A DNA stretch of 10,475 nucleotides from Tubiluchus corallicola (GCA_030141605.1 JAQGDQ010002186.1:1-10475), one strand, 5' to 3'; shown: positions 1 through 8,054, counted from the first letter of the stretch. The notes: generated by a model not told the origin, from the sequence alone. Program-made: numbers and translations.

Positions 1-45
1 GTAAATACAGTTAATGATGCGATAATCAAAGAGCTAAACGCAACG
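1..45 (+). CDS. Possible 3' part of a host exon truncated by the window edge
   Basis: Open frame VNTVNDAIIKELNAT followed by the donor gtaagc at 46-51 (phase 0). Confidence 0.22.
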
Positions 46-465
46 GTAAGCGAACTTTCAAGAACCTCACTAAGCGCTTGAATGGCCCAGGAGCCTCACC
101 TGCATGATGTCATTGAAGCAGCCAATTGTAGCTGGAAGGGATTTGAATTTCAATCTGAAATTTGAATTTTTATCTCAAAACTTGCCTAGTTTTAATACAA
201 CACGCTGAATGTCTTACAGTAGCACTGTACTTGAATTTTCGCTTTTACAAACACATGCAACATGCTCGTAGAATATTTTTTCTGCTGAAAATTATGTTAC
301 TTTATGATGTCATAAATAATCGGGCTCGCCCTCTGTTATTAAGATTTTCAAATCTATCATTTAATGATCAGAAACGCTTTTGCGGTATTAATCACAATTA
401 AAATGTATACTTATATAGGGACTTGAAAGATATATCAAGTCATTCTGTCTTCCTTTAAACTACAG

Positions 466-607
466 CAAACAGCAGCTACTGGTATTGATAAACAAACGAT
501 TACTATGGCACTACGCTGTCTGGTACGTCACTCCAATGTTGCTCACGTGACCAGGCAATTTTCTCGCCAGGGGCGCCGCTGCAGGTCCATGCTCACTGGT
601 GGCACAA
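466..607 (+). CDS. Possible host-gene coding exon, product unknown
   Basis: GC-richer island bounded by the acceptor tgtcttcctttaaactacag (ends 465) and the donor A|gtaagc (608). The open frame is QTAATGIDKQTITMALRCLVRHSNVAHVTRQFSRQGRRCRSMLTGGT. It is phase-compatible with an open stretch at 1-45 ending in ACG|gtaagc. No homology recognised. Confidence 0.3.
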
Positions 608-1484
608 GTAAGCGCGAGTTTTAAACGTAATTTTATGCAAACTTGTGACTAAAATTATTATGTGGCATTTGCGTCAAGAATGAGGTAAGTATTTGTATTC
701 GCAATACATTCAAGAGTTAATGAAACTCAACTTGATTTTGATTATGTTTCACCGTTTGAAATTAATGTATTTAATATCGCGTTGTTTTTTCAATGGATTA
801 AATAATGTGTAAAGCTAAAGGGGGAGAAATGGGAATTTTTTAGTATTTTCAGTACAAAGTTATATTTATTAAAATTACGATTACTTATTGGAAAGAAGTA
901 CGTAATCGAAAAAAAATCTTTACAATTTAAAATATTTGTGCCAGTTGGATGAAAGGCCTACCCAGTGTGCAACACTGATTCACTATAGGACACATTATTG
1001 ATCTTATTGATAATATTACGAAATTTAAACTTTTGCTAGAACGAATGCTGTGATAGTTTTTCAAACAATGTTATCTAAACTTCTTTCAAGCGACAATGGC
1101 TGCATGTAACGGTCATTACGGCAGTCTAAATCTCCTAGTTTTGTACAGTTTTACTGTCAATACAACCTGTACGCAATAAAACAATATGCAAAATTTCAAG
1201 ACGAAGTTTTAAGCTTTTTTTATGAAGCTTGTTTTCTTGTACTTTAACAGTGAGTGAAATAAAGAAACGTAAATATTAATGAAAAATAAAATAAGAATGT
1301 GAAAAATCGGTATTTGCAAAATGAGAAAAAGAAATTATTGGTTGTTATAACTTATTACTACTCTCATTAACAGCATTTCAGCTGCAATTCTGTTGACGAA
1401 GATTACAGGCGAATATTTTATTAACTTCTATAGTTAAAAACAAACAATTTTATTAAAACTTTTACATTAAAAAGTTAAAATCAT

Positions 1485-1526
1485 GCCAAACGTTTCGACA
1501 GGCTGCTGCTTTCATCATCAATGGTA
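1485..1526 (-). ncRNA. Degenerate minimal type I hammerhead ribozyme (Penelope-like element type)
   Basis: Minus strand ta-cca-TTGATGAT-gaaag-cagcagc-ctgtc-GAAAC-GTT-tgg-c. It has a (C>U)UGAUGA box, stem II gaaag/ctgtc with one mismatch, a GAAA box, a palindromic AACGTT minimal stem III with a GUU triplet, and stem I cca/tgg. Confidence 0.6.
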
Positions 1527-1547
1527 AATTTGAAAACGTACAACCAG

Positions 1548-1555
1548 TTTATATA
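1548..1555 (-). promoter_or_regulatory. TATA-like box upstream of the hammerhead
   Basis: Minus strand TATATAAA, ~26 nt before the UGAUGA box. An AATAAA follows the ribozyme at 1449-1454 on the minus strand. Confidence 0.35.
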
Positions 1556-1587
1556 GGCAGAGCATATTGTAGAATAAGAGAAGGCTT

Positions 1588-1636
1588 ATTAGGGTACATA
1601 GATAAACTCTCTTTTATTATTCTAATGTACCCTAAT
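1588..1636. repeat. Inverted repeat / hairpin
   Basis: attagggtacat (1588-1599) is the perfect reverse complement of atgtaccctaat (1625-1636). Pairing extends inward with two bulges (agataa / ttattcta). Confidence 0.8.
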
Positions 1637-1810
1637 TATGCACCCTTATGTCGAAGTATAATGGCGGCCATTACGTTTCCGCTTTGCCAGTTCTAGTTGA
1701 AGCTGCCATAACTTTAGCAAAGCATCTCATACAGGCAGTTCTTCTGATTTGTTTAAAAGAATGTTGTTTTTAAACACATCACTACATGTTTGGGCTTTAC
1801 CTCCTTGACA

Positions 1811-1820
1811 CCGCCTCCTT
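1811..1820 (-). promoter_or_regulatory. Polypurine tract (plus-strand DNA primer)
   Basis: Minus strand AAGGAGGCGG, ~80 nt after the pol stop and immediately followed by TGTCAAGG, the expected TG start of a 3' LTR at 1810. Confidence 0.75.
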
Positions 1821-1899
1821 AAATGTATGTTAGACATTTACTATTTACTACAAAGAGTTTAACTGAGCAAAAATCTTTATGAACTGTGCAATCTAATTT

Positions 1900-4800
1900 T
1901 TACAGTGCTTCTCCTTTAAACTCATCAAGTGCGCTTTCAATCAAGCATAATCTGTGAATGGGGCGCTGCAGCTGCCCATCCTTTGTTTTTAGTGTTACGC
2001 TTCTCACTAGGCCGTCTCTTCCAACATGTTTTTCCGTTATTCGAGCAAGAAGCCAACAACTTCTGGGGGTTTCATCCATTATCAGTACAACGTCGCCTAT
2101 TTCGACATCCTTCTTCTGACGATTCCATTTTGAGCGGATCTGGAAAAGCGGCAAGTACTCTGTCTGCCAACGTCGCCAAAAGACATCAACTAAGTATTGG
2201 ATCTGGCGCCATTTGCCGCGATAGATGTCTGCTGATGTAAACTTTCCAGGAGGCAGGTTTGTTAAGTTACACTTCGCCAACAGCAGGTGATTGGGCGTCA
2301 GAGGACTACAGTCTTTTGGGTCGTCCGAGGTTGCCGTTAAAGGCCTACTATTGACAACGTTTTCAACAATGCAGAATAGAGTGTTGAGAGCTTCATCGTC
2401 AAGAGCTTGTTCGTTTGTCACAGAGAGCAAATGCTTCTTGACAATCTTGACCATTGCTTCCCATACTCCTCCCATGTGGGGAGCTCGGGGCGGATTATAC
2501 TCCCACTCGATGTTCTCCTTGAGCAAGTCTTTCTGAATAGTGTTGTGATTCCACTCTTTCATAGCCATGGATAGTTCCTTGTTAGCACCTATAAAATTAG
2601 TGCCACAGTCGGACCTAATTCTGTTAGGTTTGCCTCTTCTGCTACAAAATCTATGGAGTGCTTTAATGAAGGAACCTGTAGACATCGAGAAGAGTACCTC
2701 CAAGTGGATGCTTCGTGTGGCTAGACAAGTAAAGAGTGCCCCATAACGCTTCACCTCGATTCGACCGCGTTTGACCACAATTGGTCCAAAGCAGTCCACG
2801 CCAACCGCAGAGAAGGAGCCTTGTTGAACTCTCTCAGGAGGCAAGTTGGCCATCTTTTGTTGCAGTGGTTGAGAGTAACGCAGCCTACATTGTCTGCATT
2901 CATGAATTACTTTCCGCACCATGACTCGCATCCCAATTATCCAGAACGCTCTACGGACTGAAGCCATGACATGTTCTCTTCCTGTATGTACATTTGCCTC
3001 GTGGAAGTGCTGTATGACAAGCCAGGAGAGTCTATGATTTTTGGGAAGAATAACAGGATGACGAGCTTCATGATCTACTAGAGCATCTTGCAGGCGACCG
3101 CCGACACGCAAAATTCCCTCTTTGTCAATAAAGGGATCGAGCCTATACAGGCAGGATGATTTGGTTACAGAGCGTTCTCGGCATGTAGATTTGGTACGGG
3201 AACACATCGTCTTATATTCTTTGTTGAAACTTTGTTTCTGTGTGTGTCTGATCAGCTCATTCTGGGCCTCATTTAATTCAGTCAGAGTTAGATTTGTGGA
3301 ACAATCCATATCACTTCCGCCAGAAGCTTTTCTGTGCAATATTGTTTTGGCTCGTAATAACCAGGCTAAACCTCTTTTTAGCCTGTAAAGGGATGAGTAA
3401 TGCTGCAACAATTGATCTATGACATTATTTGAAGTTCCTTTGCATTCTACGACGCTCACAGTGGCTGACCGCTTTACTTCTTTGTCATTAGCTAGTATGT
3501 CATCCGAATCTAAATTAGTCTGCGGCCACGAAGCTTCATCTTTTCTTAAGAAAGATGGAGCAAACTTCCATCTATTGGAAAGTAGCAATTCTTGAGCGCT
3601 CATGCCTCGGGAAGCATCATCAGCACAGTTGTCTGTTGAGCTAACAAACCGCCATTGAGTTGGTGAAGAAACTTGCAAGATTGAGTTGACACGGTTTTGG
3701 ACAAATGTATGAAACCGCTTTGCTGTGTTCCGAATGTAATGAATAACTATCTGACTATCAGTCCAGAAGACCGACTGATCTGTACCAACACAAAAGGATA
3801 GCTCTTCCCTTAGCATTTGATCAACTTTAGAGGCTAAAACTGCAGCACAGAGTTCAAGACGCGGTATTGTAAGACCTCTAAGTGGAGCAAGTCTTGATTT
3901 AGCCATGAGGAATGCTGTGTGAATTTCACCTTGAGCATTCTTCATACGTACATAACTGACAGTACCATAGGCATAGTTCGAAGCATCGCAGAAATGATGC
4001 AACTGCAACTGGAAAATCAGGCCAAAATCACGAGGCTTTATGCATCTCTCCAACTTGAATTTTTCTAGTGCGACACAATCTTCTTTCCATTTCACCCATT
4101 CGGCTTCTGTATCTCGTTCTAGAGCGTCATCCCAATCCTTTTTCTGAATTCTACATTCATCTTGGAAGAGTTTTTTGACCTGCAGAACGAATGGACAGAT
4201 CATTCCTAATGGGTCATAGACTGACGAAATGCAGCTTAACATTCCTCGTTTTGTACTGGGCTTAACTTTGAGTGAAACCAAAATTCCAAGGCAATCTTCC
4301 TCAACTAGCCATTTAACTCCCAGTACGCGATCAGCTGGCAGAGGGCTCTGAGTTAAGTCAAGATTCTTGACTTCGCTTCCAAGTTCTTCAGCAGGCACAG
4401 ATGCCAAGACCTCACGTCTGTTGCTCATCCACTTAGTTATGTGGAATCCACCAAGAGACAATAAGGCAGTCAGTTGAGAAACTAGCTGTATGGCTTCATT
4501 CACGGTGTTTAGCGATTTTAAAAGGTCGTCCACATAGAAGTTTCTCAAAACGGTAGCGACAACATTTGCGGGAAACAGATCTGCATTGTCATTGGCAGTC
4601 CTTTGCAAAGCAAATGATGCAACGCTCGGAGACCACACCCCACCGAACAAGTGTACACACATTCTAAAAGTACATGGTTGACTGTTAAGATTACCATCTT
4701 TCCACCAAAGGAAACGCAACATATCTCTGTGTTTTGGAGACACGATCACCTGGTGGAACATCTCCCGGATATCCGCCATTACTGCAATAGGATTGTCTCT

Positions 4801-4938
4801 AAACCGAAGCAAAACTCCAATGCACGTGTTTGTAAGATCTGGCCCTTGCAATGCTAGTTTATTTAGAGATATTTCATTTGTTTCCGCTCCTGCATCAAAA
4901 ACGATGCGAGTTTTCTCCGGTTTATTGGCATTAAACAC
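1900..4938 (-). CDS. pol: BEL/Pao Pol: reverse transcriptase, RNase H (Pao peptidase A17 family) and integrase
   Basis: RT: RIVFDA, LRFR, ADIREMFHQV, HLFGGVWSP, FYVDD (YVDD at 4525-4536). RNase H: FCDAS (D at 3985-3987), RLEL, WTDS, NCAD. Integrase: H..H (3001-3003, 2986-2988), CRQC (2887-2898), D (2794-2796), D (2608-2610), E (2458-2460), and a C-terminal DUF5641-like region. It is a continuation of the polyprotein, not an independently initiated gene. Confidence 0.95.
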   Translation of the reverse strand: MFNANKPEKTRIVFDAGAETNEISLNKLALQGPDLTNTCIGVLLRFRDNPIAVMADIREMFHQVIVSPKHRDMLRFLWWKDGNLNSQPCTFRMCVHLFGGVWSPSVASFALQRTANDNADLFPANVVATVLRNFYVDDLLKSLNTVNEAIQLVSQLTALLSLGGFHITKWMSNRREVLASVPAEELGSEVKNLDLTQSPLPADRVLGVKWLVEEDCLGILVSLKVKPSTKRGMLSCISSVYDPLGMICPFVLQVKKLFQDECRIQKKDWDDALERDTEAEWVKWKEDCVALEKFKLERCIKPRDFGLIFQLQLHHFCDASNYAYGTVSYVRMKNAQGEIHTAFLMAKSRLAPLRGLTIPRLELCAAVLASKVDQMLREELSFCVGTDQSVFWTDSQIVIHYIRNTAKRFHTFVQNRVNSILQVSSPTQWRFVSSTDNCADDASRGMSAQELLLSNRWKFAPSFLRKDEASWPQTNLDSDDILANDKEVKRSATVSVVECKGTSNNVIDQLLQHYSSLYRLKRGLAWLLRAKTILHRKASGGSDMDCSTNLTLTELNEAQNELIRHTQKQSFNKEYKTMCSRTKSTCRERSVTKSSCLYRLDPFIDKEGILRVGGRLQDALVDHEARHPVILPKNHRLSWLVIQHFHEANVHTGREHVMASVRRAFWIIGMRVMVRKVIHECRQCRLRYSQPLQQKMANLPPERVQQGSFSAVGVDCFGPIVVKRGRIEVKRYGALFTCLATRSIHLEVLFSMSTGSFIKALHRFCSRRGKPNRIRSDCGTNFIGANKELSMAMKEWNHNTIQKDLLKENIEWEYNPPRAPHMGGVWEAMVKIVKKHLLSVTNEQALDDEALNTLFCIVENVVNSRPLTATSDDPKDCSPLTPNHLLLAKCNLTNLPPGKFTSADIYRGKWRQIQYLVDVFWRRWQTEYLPLFQIRSKWNRQKKDVEIGDVVLIMDETPRSCWLLARITEKHVGRDGLVRSVTLKTKDGQLQRPIHRLCLIESALDEFKGEAL

Positions 4939-5109
4939 TGGAAAATGGGAAAGAAACCATTTCCTGCAGGTAGGGTCATCATCTTCATCGACCTCTTCTG
5001 CATATCATTTCTTGAATAGGTCATTCATAGCTATAGTGTATCGGTTGTGCAATTCTGGGATCCTCTGCAGCCGTTTACGTAGACTTTCCAATCTAGTTGA
5101 AGCCATTTA
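4939..5109 (-). pseudogene. Disrupted in-frame PR-RT connecting segment with two premature stops
   Basis: Same frame as both flanking ORFs (6975-4938 = 2037 nt, a multiple of 3). It reads LPDTL*MASTRLESLRKRLQRIPELHNRYTIAMNDLFKK*YAEEVDEDDDPTCRKWFLSHFPV, matching the Pao pre-RT consensus (LP...A..RL.SL..RL...Y......KGY.EEV...W(Y/F)LPH.PV). Stops are TAA at 5107-5109 and TGA at 5005-5007. Confidence 0.88.
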
Positions 5110-6975
5110 TAGCGTATCTGGTAAAACATCATTCTCAGATTTAAATGGGATGTCCAACTGGTAATGCCCATGTGGTTTTGTGATTGAAGCCTCCCATATA
5201 TCGAGAGCACGCATATCGTCTCTAGAGAATTGTCTGTCCGACTTGCTAGTTTCAATTTTCCAGAATTGTTCTATTTGCTGCTGCAAGGAATTGGTTTCTC
5301 CATGTGACAATGCATTGGCTTGGGTCAAATTACTACAAATGCGCCCTAAATTAGGAACGCCGCCTCCTATGGGTCCATTAAGGGTCCAGCCTAGCTTCGT
5401 CTTCACAGCATATGGCGTTAGTCTAGGACCTGTTCGTACCTCAAGAGGAATCAGCGCATCAGGAACATCCTGGCCGATCAAAAGGCCAAGCTCAGTTAGG
5501 TCTTCTGTATCTGTGAACGATAGGGGAAGTCCTTGCAAATGCGGCCATTGTTCTACATCCTTGCTAAAGGCCAAGCAGTCCTTTTCCAGTAACAATGCAG
5601 GCCTAACGAAGACATAAGGCAAAGCTATTTTATTGCCAGTGTTTACCCCAATAACAGACATCTTCGTGATTAAAGTGTTTATCTTGGAATATTTCTCTTC
5701 TATAGTGGTTAAAGAGAGCGTTCGTTTTTGTCCAGTAGCCCCAAGTTTGTCGAACAATGCCTTTGTACAAAAAGTGTTAGTCGAGCCAAGGTCAAGTAGG
5801 GCTAAAGTACGCACGGGCATCTTCCCATCAACTTCACCCAAAACTGAGACAACAGGGAGAGCCGCTTTGCCGCCTTCCTTAATACTAGCACAACTGCTAG
5901 AAGCCTCTGGTTTGCAATGTGTTGGCGCTTTTTTCTCCTTGCTTCCATCATTGTTTTTAGAAGGTGACATTTTCTCCAAGGCAGCATGCAGTAAATTTGA
6001 ATGCTTACGTCTGCAACCTTCTACGTCGCATCCTGCTTGGAAGCACCGAGCAGCCCTGTGCTTTCCTTTAATCAAACAATTGAAGCAAAGACCTTCTTTT
6101 CTGGCGTTTTTCAATCTATCAGAATCATTCATTGACTTAAATTTATTGCATAGCCTGAGTGAACGGTGTTCCGTAGAGTCACATAGAAAACAAGGTATAT
6201 CTAGGCGTTGAGAAGCCATTTTGCTACCACTTCCGGTTGTATTTCCGGGTTGTCGTTCACTGTTGCATTTCGTAATTGACGCAGTTTCCTGCGCTGAGCT
6301 CGCGAAATTCCTGGCTTTGGTGTCGCGTCTACCTTTTGGGCTCCTAGTAGGCTGACTAACGTCGCCAAAGACAGGATGATTCATTTTATCAGCTGCGTCC
6401 TTAATGAATTCGACTACATCAAATATCGTTGGATTCCTGTGCTCATATTTCAGAAGCCTGGCTTCAACATCCTTCCACCTATCCTGGAACTTGAATGGGA
6501 GTTTTTTAATTATTTGTAGCAAACTGCATTGAGTACTAATTTCGCAAACGTTGTTCATTATTTTCAAAGTTTCCACACAAGCCACAATCAAATCAGAAAA
6601 TTCCTGTAACTTTCCCGGTTCATTTATCTTTATGGGCTCAAATTCAGCAATTCTGGAAAGCCAGGCCTGTGTGACAACAAATGGCGAGCCGAATCTTTCG
6701 GTTAAAAGCTGTTTAGCATGCCCATATGCAAAACGGGGGTCCATGTAATTACAACTGTCAACAACTCTTTTAGCTTTACCAATGCAGAGTTTGGCTAACC
6801 TAGTGTACCTCGCTGCATCATCTTGGGTATAGTTCTCCACGCTGGCTTCGAAACGCTTGATAAAGCTCCAGAACTTCATTACGTCACCATCAAACGTTTC
6901 AAGCTGCACGTGGGGAAGCTGCATAGCATTGTACATATTTAAGTGTTGCCTTTGGCCTTCTAACATGAGGTCCAT
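5107..6975 (-). CDS. gag: BEL/Pao Gag (capsid region, DUF1759-like, plus nucleocapsid Zn knuckles) and aspartic protease
   Basis: LPHVQLETFDGDVMKFWSF and L.ERFGSP motifs. Zn knuckles CFLCDSTEHRSLRLC, CFNCLIKGKHRAARC and CDVEGCRRKHSNLLH at 5986-6192. Protease ALLDLGSTNTF (5782-5793), LLIGQD, and the Pao motif PYAVKTKLGWTLNGP. Confidence 0.92.
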   Translation of the reverse strand: MDLMLEGQRQHLNMYNAMQLPHVQLETFDGDVMKFWSFIKRFEASVENYTQDDAARYTRLAKLCIGKAKRVVDSCNYMDPRFAYGHAKQLLTERFGSPFVVTQAWLSRIAEFEPIKINEPGKLQEFSDLIVACVETLKIMNNVCEISTQCSLLQIIKKLPFKFQDRWKDVEARLLKYEHRNPTIFDVVEFIKDAADKMNHPVFGDVSQPTRSPKGRRDTKARNFASSAQETASITKCNSERQPGNTTGSGSKMASQRLDIPCFLCDSTEHRSLRLCNKFKSMNDSDRLKNARKEGLCFNCLIKGKHRAARCFQAGCDVEGCRRKHSNLLHAALEKMSPSKNNDGSKEKKAPTHCKPEASSSCASIKEGGKAALPVVSVLGEVDGKMPVRTLALLDLGSTNTFCTKALFDKLGATGQKRTLSLTTIEEKYSKINTLITKMSVIGVNTGNKIALPYVFVRPALLLEKDCLAFSKDVEQWPHLQGLPLSFTDTEDLTELGLLIGQDVPDALIPLEVRTGPRLTPYAVKTKLGWTLNGPIGGGVPNLGRICSNLTQANALSHGETNSLQQQIEQFWKIETSKSDRQFSRDDMRALDIWEASITKPHGHYQLDIPFKSENDVLPDTL

Positions 6976-7982
6976 AAAACGTTCATGTCATTCCGACTAG
7001 CCCTACCGGAGAAATTCCTAGAATTATTTTGAGCACCGCTACCATAAGAAGCCTGAGGCGATGTAGCCGGAAGCGGAAGTTGCGTATTCCATGGGACGAA
7101 ATCACGTGCAGAAATATTTAAAGTTTGCTCTACCTGAGGTGATTTAAATGCGGCATGGAAGAACGGCGTAGTCTGTTTAACGCTAGGTTCTAAACCTTCA
7201 CTGGGAGAATTTTCGAAGAAGGGCTGTACATCAGACAAATAGATATCCCACCATCTACGAAGAAAACCTGATTCATAGTCATCCGACAAATTGACGGAGA
7301 TCTCCCCGTTTACATATTCATTATAATCCCAGGGCTTCTTTCGGCCTAAAAAGTGCGCAACTTTAATCTTGCTACTGAACTGCTTCATTGCAGGAAGGTA
7401 ACCGTAACGACCTTGGACGGCAGCATTATACACAAAAGGTTGGCGTTTGTCAAACTGTGAACTCCAGTTCGGAAAGGCTAAATTTAATAAACCCTGATCA
7501 CCGCCATCGAATGAACAGGCCTCAGTTTGTGATAGTGACAACAATCTACTGTAAGTTTCCAAACTAGGCTGAAATACAAACATTCCAGAATTAAAACAAT
7601 CAGGCCACCCCACATCTGGGGCAGCCGCAAGCTCATTATAATTGAATAACTCATCAATATTATCTAATACTAAAGTATCAGCATCTAAGTAAACGCATTT
7701 AGTAAACTGTGTCATAGACCAGCAGTGCAATTTCGAGAATGTTACATTTAGCTCTGGCCTACCTAGCAAATGCAAGTTATCAAAATCACTACTCTTTAAT
7801 AAATCAATCATTTGTACATAATCAAAAACATTACTAAGCTCTGCCATAACTCTGCTAGAAACAGTATGGGTGACCAAAATTGCTAGATGTCGAGCTGTAC
7901 CAGTTCGACGCAAACTGTGTGCCAAGACAAGAGCTCCATTAGCATAACTGTCGATCGTTGCCATGGTGAGATAGGCCTCCAT
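6960..7982 (-). CDS. GYG1: Intronless glycogenin-like glycosyltransferase family 8 domain (~7982-7210) followed by a Ser/Pro/Gln-rich linker leading to Gag
   Basis: Colinear with animal glycogenin-1 motifs: AYLTMATIDSYANGALVL, RPELNVTFSKLHCWSMTQFTKCVYLDADTLVL (DxD at 7677-7685), AAPDVGWPDCFNSG, SFDGGDQGLLN, PFVYN, YGYLPA (acceptor Tyr at 7398-7400), VAHFLGRKKPW, WW. The first ATG at 7982 matches the glycogenin N-terminus; the ORF-track start at 8102 is a GTG. The symbol denotes homology, not orthology. Confidence 0.93.
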   Translation of the reverse strand: MEAYLTMATIDSYANGALVLAHSLRRTGTARHLAILVTHTVSSRVMAELSNVFDYVQMIDLLKSSDFDNLHLLGRPELNVTFSKLHCWSMTQFTKCVYLDADTLVLDNIDELFNYNELAAAPDVGWPDCFNSGMFVFQPSLETYSRLLSLSQTEACSFDGGDQGLLNLAFPNWSSQFDKRQPFVYNAAVQGRYGYLPAMKQFSSKIKVAHFLGRKKPWDYNEYVNGEISVNLSDDYESGFLRRWWDIYLSDVQPFFENSPSEGLEPSVKQTTPFFHAAFKSPQVEQTLNISARDFVPWNTQLPLPATSPQASYGSGAQNNSRNFSGRASRNDMNVLWTSC

Positions 7983-8047
7983 AGACGTATGATGAACTGC
8001 AGGCTTGGTGTCTGATGACTGGGCTTTGGCGACTATTGAGGCCAGGT

Positions 8048-8054
8048 GTCGCCA
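8048..8054 (-). promoter_or_regulatory. Candidate primer-binding site
   Basis: Minus strand ...GTTACA-AG-TGGCGAC. TGGCGAC is complementary to tRNA 3' ends in GTCGCCA (some Arg/Ser tRNAs) and lies 2 nt after a CA. Only a 7-nt match can be supported. Confidence 0.25.

Noticed and set aside
100-154. Minus-strand mini-exon candidate (tttcag|ATTG...GCAG|gtgagg; LKFKSLPATIGCFNDIMQ)
   Set aside because: Splice-like signals are present, but there is no partner exon or homology and it competes with the plus-strand model.
1821-1899. Possible env-like ORF after the integrase
   Set aside because: Only ~80 nt separate the pol stop from the PPT, leaving no room for one.
1929-6748. Plus-strand ORFs of 65-192 aa (1929-2240, 2291-2536, 3122-3388, 4651-4857, 4793-5164, 5180-5617, 5633-6211, 6551-6748) and short alternative-frame minus ORFs (5031-5255, 5802-5987)
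   Set aside because: Shadow ORFs of the gag-pol coding sequence, with no recognisable motifs.
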